This document shows, piece after piece, positions 48,421-61,325 of a stretch of 64,000 nucleotides of DNA. Source of the stretch: Geosiphon pyriformis uo1. Lineage: Eukaryota > Fungi > Glomeromycota. How positions within the stretch are numbered: the stretch's first letter is position 1; the number at the start of each line of letters is the position of its first letter. The position numbers and the translations under genes were made by a program. Below the pieces are notes generated by a model, which had not been told where the DNA came from, ran no database searches, and saw nothing but the letters and a program-made list of their open reading frames with translations. The stretch spans positions 226,602 to 290,601 of the forward strand of contig JAAOMT010000420.1 of assembly GCA_016748015.1 (NCBI GenBank). The letters are read 5' to 3'.

Positions 48421-49351
48421 TCAAGATTTAGGTTGGCTTGCATCTTTACATGGTTCTGGAATTGGGGAATTTGGATCAATAGGCGTGAGCATAACACGTC
48501 CCACCTTATGATATGTGTGATGATTACGATAAAAATCAGCCCATCCTTCCAAATCCTAAAATATGAATCACCCAAATAACATTAAATCCCTGTACATATA
48601 GAAATTCAAAGAGCTTTCCTAAATTACCTTAATCTGTTCTTTTGTCAAACCGCGTAAATCATGCGTTAAATGGGTCTGAAAACACCCAGTCACATATGCT
48701 CTTGACGCGTCTTTCCCTGAGAAGAATCCATATGAACCACCCTAAGCCAAAAAAAATTTAATCTAAATATTGATTATAATTAAGACCCCAGCACTCAAAA
48801 ACTGAAATCACCTTTCCATAATGTGATCCTCCGGCAGTTACGTCAAAAACCTCGCCGCTGCAAGGGACCGCCAATAAGTAATCAGTTATAATTAGCAAAT
48901 GGAGAAGACAAAGAGATTTAGATTTAAAAAGGAATAAAGCTTACTTGATAGCAAGATAGATGGGTAAATGGGGATCGGTGCCATCATGTTTTGCTAACTC
49001 TTCTAGTGTAAATATTTTTTCTTGACGCTATATTAAATAAGGAAAAAATCTTTAGGACAGGAATTGGGCAGAATATATTAATATGAATCTCACAACCCGC
49101 TTACTTACCGGAACCCAATTACGCCAGTTCGTATACTGGTTTTTATATCCCCAAGTCCATGTCTCTGTAAGGAAATATGACCCCAAAAGGTTCACGAATA
49201 GTAAGACCACTATAGATTTGAATATTTTCCCAATCAGCCCCTTCGACGAACTCGAACGTTTTGTCACGTACACGTTTTTGGAATCGGTTTTTCCATCAGA
49301 ATCTAGGGCAGGATCAAACGAAATCTTCTTACGAAGTGTTGGAGTAGACAT
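48421..49351 (-). CDS. Membrane-anchored cytochrome b5-like heme/steroid-binding protein (MAPR/neuferricin-like), multi-exon
   Basis: N-terminal TM; FTLEELAKHDGTDPHLPIYLAI.GEVFDVT, YGFFSGKDASRAYVTGCF, THDLRGL. Confidence 0.88.
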
Positions 49352-49627
49352 AATCCTTGTGAGAGCGTCTGTATGCGGCCAAGAAAATCATCGGGGCATC
49401 AAGTCCCTACTTGGAATATGTGAACCCTGCAGATCAAGATCGCCATAAATATTTTAGCTTATCTATGATAAATGGTCTTACAAATTAGATTAACATTGGG
49501 TAACCTGTCACAGACGACGGTTTCATTTCGCGAGTTTAAATTCTCGAAATCCCTAGGCGCTTGAGTTTCGAAATCTTTATTAACCTCTAGTCTCGTATTG
49601 AATGTAATAAATTATTAAATTATTAAG

Positions 49628-50276
49628 ATGGAGGCAGGTGAACTATGAAGGAATTTTAGATGCCAAAGATTACTTTTGCCTTGTTTTAATTATCTAAATA
49701 TAAAAATGCTAATAGTGTCCACTAAGGAAAGTCAGGAAGAGATTAGCGAATCAGCTACCGTGATTGGGCTCAAATGTAAAAAATGCAGGTAAGGTAAGAA
49801 TATTTCGAAACTGAATAAAAAGCTCTCTACGAAAATTAATCAGTATCTTATTAATTCTCTTTAAAAGACGCATCTTTATATCACCTGAAAGCTTTGTGTC
49901 ACATTCACCAGGTAAAGGTCAGGTGGCGTTCTCTTGTAAAAAACGCGATTTTTCAGGGCATGGCAGCCAGAATTGTTCAGCTTACTTTATCGAACCTATG
50001 GAATGGATAAGTGGTGCCCATCAAGGCGAGTTGAATGGAAAAATATTATGTCCGAATTGTCAAGCGAAATTGGGTAACTACAGTTGGGCAGGTAAGGAGC
50101 TTTACTTTATCTCGTTACAATGGCTGGTTTAATGATGATTTTAGTTTGCTAATCGAATACAACAATCTTGTTGAAAAGGAATGCAATGTTCTTGTGGTGC
50201 TTGGATTACTCCTTCATTCTCAATACACCGCGACCGTGTTGATGAGGTTATTTCTGGCTCAATAATAGAATATTAA
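49628..50276 (+). CDS. Stand-alone Yvh1/DUSP12-type zinc-binding domain protein (4 exons, ~135 aa)
   Basis: CKKCRR, H.PG.G, C..YFIEPMEW, GKILCPNCQAKLGNYSWAGMQCSCGAWITP; no phosphatase domain or room for one. Confidence 0.82.
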
Positions 50277-50440
50277 CTAATGTTCTACACATAGAATATC
50301 ATACCTTATTTTTACGCCTTGCAAAATATTTTCATAATATAAATTTAAATCTTTGAAAATATACGACATTTTTTTACTATAAGATCCACCATGTGGTCAT
50401 TAATTCATTCGGGAAGAAACTTGTTATGTGATTTAATAGA

Positions 50441-52161
50441 TCATGAGGCCCATAAAGTGGTTATAAACCAATCAGCAACCATATCTGTCCGGGATAGCTG
50501 TTTGCTACTTTGCTCTAATACTGTTTCAGAGGTAGTAGGAGGCGAGTTTTCTTTTTCAATATCCACAGGTTCTTCACTAGGTAGTGAAGCATCAAATCCG
50601 ATAATCCCTCGACTATCAATAAAGTAATAACACGTTGCGTTCGGTGCTATCGGAGATTTGGCAATTCGTATTTTTCGAATATTATGAGGAATTGTCATCG
50701 GCATTCTCATTAAAGCCTGATCGTTTTGACAAAATTCAAAGATAAGCCGTGTGGTAACAGAATGCGCCCAAGTGTTTCCTAAAGCAGCTGTAACCAATAC
50801 AGCTGAAGTGTCTGGATCTAAAGATTAATTAAATGATTAATAATCAATAATAGAGTGAACTCATCAAAAAAGCAAATGACAAAACCATATATCCGGGTTC
50901 TCTTGAATGGAGGCAATATAGGATTGGTTAGGAAAGTCTCTGTATACTTGTAAACCAATTGGTTTGTAACGATGACAGGCAAATGGAAAGATTCGGCCAA
51001 GAACCTGAAAAGAATGAAAACTTTATGAGATATTTAGGTGGATCAATATACAGGCTCAACATGATACCGAAATATAAATACTTTAGCAAAGCAGCCTCCT
51101 TTACTAAAAGATTATTCCTCTCAACGAGAATATCGCTTTGAGTCTGATTTTTTCGCTCTTCGAACATGTTATTATATTCTTTTCTTACCAATGATCCGAT
51201 CGAGTCCACAATTATTAAGCGTATTTTATTCATGATAATAAACTCTTGAAGATTTTTTAACCTAATAAAACATTTAAGCTCTATGTTTAAAATCCAGATT
51301 TATGTCCAATCAAGTAAAATGAAAGAACGATCGAATACCTTTCGAGCACATCCTTTGAAGATTTTATCTCCATGATATGAATAGATTTTGTAGTGTTCTC
51401 CAAATTAGCTCGGCCTTTAGCATTTTTGGGGCTAAAGTATTGTGGAAATCGACTTTCCGCAATTTCCACTAATCTACCAATCAAAAATAATCCATGCAAG
51501 TAAAATTAATGTGTCTGAATCCAAAATCCAAAAATAACTACCTATTGGCGCTTAGACTGCCTTCAGTGTCAATAAAACATACGCCACCAGCTAACCCACC
51601 CATTTCAACAGGCAGGGTAGCTTGCACAGACAATGTTAAACAAAACTGTGTTTTCCCACATCGTGGGGCCCCAACAATTTCGGTGACTGAGGAACATGGG
51701 ATCCCACCACCCAACGCATAATCTAGGTCCTCGAGCGTTGTTGTAAAGAAATGAGGCGTACCATTTTTGGTTTGGTCAAATACTGAGAGCTGAGGGTCAC
51801 CTAACAAGTCGAGGACCTGTTATATACTATACGTAAAAAACTTATTCGTATACGTTTGGGCGGATATCTTGAAAAAAAGGAAAGAGACTGGAGATTGAGG
51901 CTCAAAAGAAACAAATAAAAGGATAAATTAGAAAATTACCGAAACACTTTTTGGTGCTATCCAGCGCGCGCATTTCTTCTGCACTTCACGAACAGTTTCA
52001 AAGTCCCAATCACAGCATTCGACCAATTCGAGTTCAGTCTTACTTAAAAGATCTTGACTTGTGCAAATTGGGTGTCGCGGATAGAAACTTAATTCAGTAA
52101 GCTGTTTTGATGTCAACGCAAGTCGGGCTGGAAGTCTGCCGAGATTACGATTGGAAGACAT
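50441..52161 (-). CDS. RAD51B: RAD51 paralogue, RAD51B-like (multi-exon)
   Basis: LDYALGGGIP...TEIVGAPRCGKTQ (Walker A), FIDTEG, LIIVDSI (Walker B), VIVTNQ, TAALGNTWAHSVTTRL. Confidence 0.85.
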
Positions 52162-52401
52162 GGTTTGGCCGAGAACGAGTCAAACTACCATCTAAATGAT
52201 TGCTTACATCAGTTCATCGATTACAATACGACACGCGCCTATGATCACGCGATGATCTGCCTTAAATTTTTATTCATTAATAATTCCATTATTGTAATAA
52301 TATGGTACTCAAAATAAAAAAATTGGATTCGAAGAGATGCCATGGAAACTATTAAAGCATATTTCTAAAATACCTATTTATTATGTATCTAAATAAAAAA
52401 G

Positions 52402-53983
52402 TTACATATCAAACAAAGGCACATGTTTGGAAGGTTTCTTTTTTCTGTGTGGCCATTGAAGAACAGGTATCGCTGCGGTTGATTGACAAGCTTGCCACGC
52501 ATCGTAGAATTTGAGTTTACTAAATGCTGCGTCATCATAAAGATGACGATTGATACCTCGAATACTGAGCTTACGAAGCCGTGGATGTTTATTATGTAGG
52601 ATTTCAAAAAATTCAGGGTCAATTTTTCTTCCATCATCGATTGAAAGTCTATCCCATGAAGGACATCCAATAGGTCTTTTAACTAAAGCGAGCCATCCTT
52701 CTCGTGTGACATTTTGCAATCTATCGCATATGTTAAATTTTACGAGAGTTTCCATGGAACCAAGCATCCCAAGACCTTTATCGGTAATTGTGGGTGTTTT
52801 CACAAGCTCAATGTGTTTAATACGTGAGTTATTTACGATATTGCAAACAGCCTCATCGTTGAATTCGCCATATTCTCCAATTTGAAGATACTAAAATTTT
52901 TTAAGCCCTTTTTGATGAGTACTAATTAACTTTAGTTCTAAAATGAAAAATCATATGAATACAAACCTCAAGATTTGGCAGCATATTCAAGAATTTGAAA
53001 TCACAGATGCCATCAATCTTTAATATTGAGAGGTTTTTTAGACTATCCATCCTTTGAAAGTGTTTCAAATCCTCACCATTGATAGTGGAGGACAGGTAAA
53101 CTCGGTTTAAGGAAGTGGATAATGGAAGAGCACAGGCCGCATCACTTGCTACCGGTAGATCCAAATGAGTCAGCTTGGAAGCAGCTTGAATGAGTTCTTC
53201 CAAAGCCAATTTAGATACCGGGGTACAGTTGAATGCAGCCATATCGAATGATCGTAGATTGGTGCAGTGTTTGGCAAATGATCTTGCAATAAGGGAGGGG
53301 TTGAGATCTGCACAAAGACTTCCATTGATTGTAATCCGAATCCCTTCTAGAGAAGTGCCGGCACTTGAGGCTAGAGTTTCCCATAAAGGATTAGGAATTT
53401 TGGGATAGTAGAGCATTATGTTTCGAAGTTTATTCTCTTGAGCAATTTTACAAAAAGCGTCTTCATTATCATCACAAACTTCCTCATCTAACCATTGATT
53501 CATCAATTGACGCAAACCAGTAGCAGCGGGTTGCACATTGGGATGCTCATAAAACACGGTGTATAAATCTTTTAGTCTATCTGCAAGCAATGTCAAGGGC
53601 AATTTCCATATTTTCCTAGGGTGCGGCTTGGAGGAAAATCTCAGGGTAAGTTCATGAAGATTTGGACACGATTCTGCTAGAAATCTGATCATTGCAGAGT
53701 CGATGCAGATTGCAGGATCATTATCAAGTTCGTTGAGTTGCAAGATTCTAACATATTCACCATATGGATGCAAAGCTTTTGCAGTAGTCGAACGTTGTAT
53801 AGTAGTTTTGAACTGATTATATTCGACTCCTTTAAAAAGACGACGAACTCTCCACAAATTGGGTAAAGCTAAAGATCCCCATCGACGGCAAGTTAAAGCT
53901 AAGTTTAAAAGGTCTTTATTTCCGAAGCCGGCGACCTCCAAGATATACAACAAGAGCTCCCGTGGAAGTTCCAATAGGAACAT
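52402..53983 (-). CDS. F-box / leucine-rich-repeat protein (2 exons)
   Basis: LLELPRELLLYILE...LALTCRRW...ALPNLW F-box; CPNLHELTL and CTNLRSFDM LRRs; intron ~52891-52963. Confidence 0.85.
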
Positions 53984-54373
53984 ACTAGAATTTAATTGAA
54001 TGCTAGTTCAAATGAAAAAATATTCGGTTAGGATCAAGTTACGCTGTCAGCCTCCTTTCTGATTAAGGTAGTAACAGTATGCTTTGAAATAATCAATTCT
54101 CAAAACCAGAATTTTTTCTGACTAGGGATAATAATTACAAAGTATAAAAACAAAGAAAAATAGTTTAGATACACCCAATTGAATGTATTATTCAAAAAAA
54201 AAAGACTGGCAAATGGTAAAACTTGGGGCTACCGGAATCCAAGGTAAATATCGCGTAACTTTCATACTGCATGCAGGTCATATGTCGTAAGACTGTATTA
54301 TGTGGCTCGTTACAGTTGCATCGCACCCATAGAAAATGACGGAAATTTTTTATGTGAAAAAAAACCAAGTAGG

Positions 54374-55477
54374 ATGTATGACTTCAAATCTGTCAAAGGG
54401 TCTAGTCAAAAAATCTCTAAGAGTGACATAAATGATCTTGGTACTCCGACTAGTAAAAGCAATCAAGCTCTTGATAATATCAAGTCCCTTGCGGTTTCTG
54501 TATTAGGTGATGCTTTACCTACTAGTGCTTTTGCAATTACTAGAAGTCTAGCCTCTTTGATTCAGGACCCAAACCAGAAACTTGAGCCAGGTGCTTCTTC
54601 CCAAAGAGCATTTTTGAGGTATCCAGAGTTGGACATCGATAAACAGCCTGCGAATTTAAGAATGCTAGCTCACACCCAAAACAATGAGGATGGGCCCTTT
54701 CAGTTCCGTGAGCTTAATTTAAATAGCATTAATATCAACAAAATGTGGGATAATTGGGCTTCAACGACACCAGATTTCGATTCTTCAGGCTATAATTTTT
54801 CAAGTGATGAATCCGATCATATTCACAAGTTTTCGTTATCATCCCCTGTTGAATTCAGCCAATTGACTTCTACCAATAAAACTCAACGTAACGTAGATTA
54901 TGTGGAAGACGGTACAGAAGTTTTAAGTTTTCTCAATTCCGGAGAATACACGCATGAAGTTTATAAGCCCTTTGATATGGATCTCTTTGAGTTAATGGAA
55001 GGTCATTCACGTCATTTTTCTTCAAATCTAAATCACCTTCCGAATGCTGCACTTAGCTATTTAGACGGCTTATTAGAAACTGAAGATATTATGGGGTACT
55101 TGTCAGAGATTAGATACTCAGATGACATTTACGGATTACCCGAGTTTTTTACACACCTGATACATGAAGCAAAAAATGAGATATCTAAAAACAAGGGAAA
55201 AGAAGTCGATCAGGGGAACACTGATGAAATCCATCAAACGGCCATAGAGCGATTGAGAATGCTACGAAATCATTTGGTCGAAACGAGGAACAAAAATAAA
55301 AACAGTGGAATTAAAAAGTTTAGGGAAGTAAATGGAGCGGCCAAGGGAGAAACTGGGTCTGATATTAAGACTATAACGTTGAAGGATAAGAGGCTAGAGA
55401 GATTTAAAGCAAAGGAGGGGGCTAAGGAATGTTCTGAAGATGAAAATGAACTCATTTGGGAAAATAGAAGAGAGTAA
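54374..55477 (+). CDS. Hypothetical protein (single exon)
   Basis: Long open frame; first ATG at 54374; blocks EDGTEVLSFL, YSDDIYG and AIERLRML..HL look conserved among fungal unknowns (from memory). Confidence 0.75.
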   Translation: MYDFKSVKGSSQKISKSDINDLGTPTSKSNQALDNIKSLAVSVLGDALPTSAFAITRSLASLIQDPNQKLEPGASSQRAFLRYPELDIDKQPANLRMLAHTQNNEDGPFQFRELNLNSININKMWDNWASTTPDFDSSGYNFSSDESDHIHKFSLSSPVEFSQLTSTNKTQRNVDYVEDGTEVLSFLNSGEYTHEVYKPFDMDLFELMEGHSRHFSSNLNHLPNAALSYLDGLLETEDIMGYLSEIRYSDDIYGLPEFFTHLIHEAKNEISKNKGKEVDQGNTDEIHQTAIERLRMLRNHLVETRNKNKNSGIKKFREVNGAAKGETGSDIKTITLKDKRLERFKAKEGAKECSEDENELIWENRRE

Positions 55478-56331
55478 GTAAACTGAGTTTATAGGTGAGG
55501 ACACCTTTTGCTCAAGCAATCAATTCTGAATATGGACTTAAATTGATTTTTGCAGCATTTTGAGATCTTAGATTCTCTTTATTCGACTTGCTCTTACGTT
55601 TTTTCTTTGTTGATACCAATCTAGGTTGGTATTTCCAAGCCCTTGTCTATCTCCGGTAAGGTGATAAGAATTAGGTTTTCTCAATTCTCATTCTATAAGC
55701 AAAAACAGTCTAGATTTTCAAGATCTAGGGACAGAGCGTTTACCGTAAGCAACTTCTTTTAATTTAAAATCTTCTTCTTTTGCCACGAGACAGTTTTCGT
55801 TTGCTTACCGTTGTCGAGTGCGCAAAACTCAAAATGATCATAGCATATTAAATGGTAGCTTTGGATTAAGTCGAAATTTTAGGAATCCGAGTTTTGAAAT
55901 CTGAAATACCGCTAAGATTGCTACAAATCGGAGCGCGTGACGTAATGACTGCGATTTAAAGGATGAGATGAACAATAGAATAAAAAAACATCAATTATTT
56001 TATTTTCAGATAGAAGTTTAATTTTGTATTAATTTTTAAAAGCACAAAATTGTCATGTGAACAAAAAAATGCAATTTATTTTATTCTAGATTGCAATTAA
56101 AAGTTTTAAAATTTAAACCAATCAAAAAAGATACACCTTAGAAACTGAGTATTCCAGAGAACCCTGTCACATAAAATCTGTAAGACCTCAGAATCTCGGA
56201 TAGTTATTATAGTGGTGCCCCAATGTGACCTTGGGTTAAACTTCAAGAAACACTCCAACACTGACAAAGAATTCCTGTGCGAAACTGGCTTTTAATTTAG
56301 TCTCCTTTTTCCTAAACTCTCTTACAATTCA

Positions 56332-58138
56332 ATGAGTTTGAATTTTCGGTGCAAGAAAAATAATACCATAGCACCCGCTAATCTCCCACCCCTGAAACGT
56401 AGATTTTTCTGTCACAAGCAAACAGATAAAAACTCCAAACAGAGCATTGAGGACGTTTTAAATACTACTCATAGGACCGAACGAGAGGTTAAAGCCTCAT
56501 TAAAAAAGCTGCGTCAGTTGATTTTGGATGAAGGGCTACCTGACGAAGTATGTTGATTTAATTTCTACTCGTGGGTTTTATTGGAGAGAAAGGTTAATTT
56601 GCTCTTTCAAGACGGTAGATTAGTGATATAATGGCAGTTGAATGAAATGAAATGAGATGTTTATTATTAATGACATATTTAGAAATTTCGTTCTTTTTAG
56701 TGGATAGTTACGAGGATTTAATGAAAGCTAAATTAATTAAGTTCAGCAATCGGCTCTATTTCCTTGTATATAAATGAATATTTCAAATCAAATTATGAGA
56801 AATCCCCAGAAAATTGATTCGGCAAGAAAATTACGATTGCAAATGTTTAAAATTCAAAACCTCCCCCCCCCAAAGTCATTATTCCCTATTTTACGTAAAT
56901 TTGGTTTTAATATAATTTCCACTTCACATTATTTCTGCACGAAATGAATTCCAGCAGAACCTTTCAAAAATAGATAACTCAATTCGAGTCCGGGTCTGGA
57001 AACATTTTCTTGGTGTTTATCATGTATCTGCTGACGAATACGTCCGCCTAATAAAAAAAGGTCGCTCGATCGTCTACGACAAAGTTAGAAATGATACATT
57101 TAGGACGATGGCTACAGATCAACGATTTTTGCAAAAAGTTAATGAGGATATGCTAATTCGTGTGCTTAACGCCTTCGCTTGGAAAATGAAATGTAAGATC
57201 CAAAATTTCAATTCCAACAAAAAAAACACCATTTGGCCATATCCTTCGCTTGAAAGTTGTTGACTCTCTTGTGAATTTAGTATCGGGGAGCACAAGTATC
57301 TCATATGTTCAAGGGATGAATGTTTTAGCTGCACCTTTTCTATATACGATGTGTGAACTCGACGCATTCTTCTCCTTTGCTGTCTTTATTCGATCGTGTT
57401 GTCCGTTATATGTTACACCCACTTTACAAGGCGTCCATTGTGGTTTAAAGGTAGAAAATTCTTGGCGAGGATTCATTTAGAGAGATCTGATTTACCTAGT
57501 TTCTAATTTGATTTTATATCACCTCAAAATATTTAGCTTGTTGATGAAATACTTCGTGTGGTAGATTTAAAACTTTACGAATATCTCAAATCCAAAAACC
57601 TTTCGGCTGAGATTTACGCTTTTCCATGTGAGTATCTGCTTTCATAGTATTTCCATTTTAGAGATAAAACATTATGCTTAATCTCTTTATATTATCTTTA
57701 GTGGTGCTTACCTTCTGTGCTTGTATTCCTCCCCTCGATCAAGTTTTAAAACTGTGGGATTTCTTGTTTGCATATGGTGTTCATCTGAATATTTTATGTG
57801 TTGTGGCCCATTTAACCTTAATGCGAAATCAATTGTTAGAATCCTCAAGGTAAAGTTGGTTAATTTTCGTAATCACTATTCGCTCAAAAATTGCATTGTT
57901 CTAAATCCTTTTTTCCAATCTGTTAAATACATCGAGTAGCCCAATGCAGCTCTTGAATATACGAACAATGCCCGAACTAAACACAAAATTACTTATCGAC
58001 ACCGTGCTCATCCATGTACAATTAATTCCAGAAAAGCTTTATGATCAATTGGTTCGACATCCCTTTGACCCTTCGATCAGTAATGCTCTATTAAAAGAAG
58101 AGAATTTACCCAATAGCTTTGTGATAAAAAACCTTTAA
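56332..58138 (+). CDS. BUB2: TBC-domain GAP Bub2/Cdc16 (multi-exon)
   Basis: LRQLIL.EGLP, R.RVWK.FL, VRNDTFRT, YVQGMNVLAAPFLY, YAFPSVLT.CAC.PPL.QVL.LWDFLFAYGVHLN. Confidence 0.9.
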
Positions 58139-58692
58139 GCAAAAACACAAAAACCTTGTAAAAAAGTAAAACCTTTCAAAAATAGACTCGAACCTTTTCA
58201 CTCCTTTAAACACTATTTATGTAGAACTATAATATTACGATACGTGCTCCCTTTAAAATATAGGTTTGGTAGCTTTTCGATATTATATGCTCAAACTGTA
58301 AAAATTTTAGAGTTTTTTTTATATCACGTTGAAAGCTTTTTACCTCTCAATTTTAACAAAAAAAAAAAACAACTCCCCTCTTTATTTTTGAATTAAAACA
58401 AGCCACAATATGTGGATATGCAATTTTAATTTAATTTTATAAAAAGTGATTTAAAAAGTAATAATTTGTATTTATACATAGTATTTATTATATAAATCTT
58501 TTTTTTAATTATGTCCCAAAAAAAATTTACCGAATTTGGGTTAATTGTTAGTTATGTGAAAAGTAATTATAAAATACAATGTAAATTTTTTTAAAATAGC
58601 ACGTATTTTTTAATACAAAATTTATAAAAGAGTAGTGAGATTATTGGTGATATTAGAGATAAATATTTTTTGCTTACCATTCAATCCTCGTA

Positions 58693-61325
58693 ATGCCAAA
58701 CAAAAAGAATAAATTTCACAAGTTACCACCTACCCAAACCGAGTTTGATGAGAAGGGTGGAAAAATAAAACGTATCAAAACATGGGCAGACATTGAACAT
58801 GACTCAGAAGACGAGTGTAAGAAATATGCATGATTAAAATTTTATGATATGAATGAGTTTTAACCAAAGTCCTATTGATAATTTAAATTCGGTTTTTTGT
58901 TAGTTCATGATGGCAGAGAAAAAATCTTCTTTGACGCCCATAAAAAGAATCAAATTTATGGTAACTTTCTATAATTAAGTCACCAAAGATATCTCCCGCC
59001 ATTTGGTATTCAAAAATTTTGTTTTTAGATCATGAACTTGAATTATCCGAAGAGGAAGTGCTCCCCTTTAAAACAGATGAAAGCTCTGTTGAAGAACTAG
59101 AAGAGGGTGAATCTGAAGAACTAGAAGAGGATGAGCCAAGTAGAAAGATTACATTATCTGACAGTGATCAAGAAATGGATAATAATTCAGAGGAGGAATT
59201 CGACTCGCAAACATGGGGACACTCTAAATCCGCTTATTATAACGCTGATGATTTGTCAGATTTGGATGAGGCCAAAGAAGAGGAGGCGGAGGCTTTGAGG
59301 TTGCGGAAGAAAAGAATTAGCAAGATGGCAGAGGAAGATTTTTTGGAAAATCATGATGGAGCTCAATGGAAATTTGGAGCATTAGAAAAAGTATTTTACT
59401 ATTTTATTTATGAGAAAATTCAAAGTTATAAATAATTCTTGTCATTTTTTAGGATGAACAAAATGACCGACAACTGATTGAAAGTGTCAATCAAGATTTA
59501 TCAAAAATTTCTATGGAAAAGTAAGCTATTTTTTAATTGTACTGCTTCATATAGTTTCCCTCAAAATTATAATAGCTTTTTAAATATTCAATTCCATTTA
59601 GTAATTCAGAAGAAGTATTACACCTTCAAAAGCGCGTTAATCTGCCGCGTGATGAGCTTCTCAAAATCCTTCAAAATAATTCACCCGAATTGATTGAATT
59701 GGCAAACGAATTTCGGGAAAAATTATCCTTGGCCAAAAGTCTCTCATCCATCTTGGAAAAGTTCGGTCATGTTTTTTTAAAGTTCTATTATTTGAATTTG
59801 AATGTCTTGATATCTAACACTCGAACATTTTTATAAAATTAGAGCAAACCAAAATATCAAACCTAATGAACAAGCACACACCATCATCAAACTAAAATAC
59901 CAAACCTTGATCAATTATTTGACAAACATTTCCTTCTATTTTGTGCTAAAATCAACTTCAACTCCTAGACTGCAGGAACATCCGATTTTCGATGCATTAG
60001 TGGATTTCAAAAAAACTTTGAATAAAATTGAGTCATTGGAAAATATGATGAAAGACTCCATCAAGGAGTTCACTGATAAAGTTGAACGTTCAGAGAAAGA
60101 TGGTGCGTTGATTCCTTTTTGTTTTCAGTCCACTGAATAGTATTTTATGTTAGTAAGTTTGTAATCTGACTACTTCGACTTTATAATTCAATATTAGATC
60201 TTTCAAGGACTACTGATTCCACTCAAGCTCCACCTCGAGTTAATCCCAAATCAGTACTTAAGACCAGTAAAAATTTAAAAAATGCCCCTACAACTAAAAA
60301 AGTAACAATTATCACCCCTGACCATTCCGATGATGATTATAAGGATTATTATAGAGAAACTGAAAAAAATTTAGCGAATTCAAATTCATATTGGCTTATG
60401 TCGATTATGGGAGAAGAGTTTAGGAGTTTGAAAAATAAAAATAAATTCAAGCGAAAAAGGGTGTGTTACATATTGATGACCGATATTGCAAATATAAAAA
60501 TCATTTATTAAATTCTCTGCTTTCTAATTGAAATAGAACTCAACAGATCTTGGGGATCTTGATGTTTTGGACGAAATTGACGCCGAGGAAAAGGCTCAAA
60601 AGAAGAATTCATTACGCCATTACACAGCACGAGTTAACCAGGTTATAAAATTTTGTTAGATATTTATCCTCATTTAAGGAAGAACGAGAAAATTTAAAGT
60701 TGACATTTATATATTTTGTATAGAATTTGGTTAAAAGAACTAAATTCCAGCGCTATAGTGGGGATGCTGATATTCCTTACAAAGATCAAAAGATCACAGA
60801 GGTTAAGGAGCCCGGGAATCTTTCAGGAAGTGCCGATCTAGACGATCAAGATTGGGACGACGATGATAAACGAGTTTCTTTAGAAATGGATCAGCAAGAT
60901 CCTAATGATTATTATGACCAAATGAAAGAGGTCAAAAAGGCACAAAAATTACAGAAGAAGATACAATATGAGGCTCAAGTTGAGGCGAAGAGGTATTAAC
61001 TATTGCAATTGTGATCTTTCCTTGGAAAGACTTTGGATTAGTGGTAACAAATTTAAATAACAATAGGCGTATACACGAGGATTCCAATAATCTGTTGGAG
61101 GGTGCCAAACGGCAGATTAACTATCAGATTCTCAAAAATAAGGGCTTAACACCTCATCGTAAGAAAGAACAACGAAATCCTAGAGTAAAACATCGTCAGA
61201 AATACGAGAAGGCGAAAAAGAAGATTAAGAGCGTCAGGCATGTTGTGACACCACAAGAAGGCTCATACGGCGGAGAAAAGACTGGAATAAAGATAGGACT
61301 ATCGAGAAGTATAAAATTGGGATAA
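58693..61325 (+). CDS. SAS10: SSU processome subunit Sas10/Utp3 (multi-exon)
   Basis: Acidic N-terminus with WG.SK..YY, Sas10/C1D region NYLTNISFY...HP, C-terminal KRQINYQILKNKGLTPHRKKEQRNPRVK...YGGEKTGIK. Confidence 0.93.

Noticed and set aside
56571-56600. GGAGAGAAAGGTTA resembling U6atac
   Set aside because: Short match inside a BUB2 intron; the rest of the snRNA is absent.
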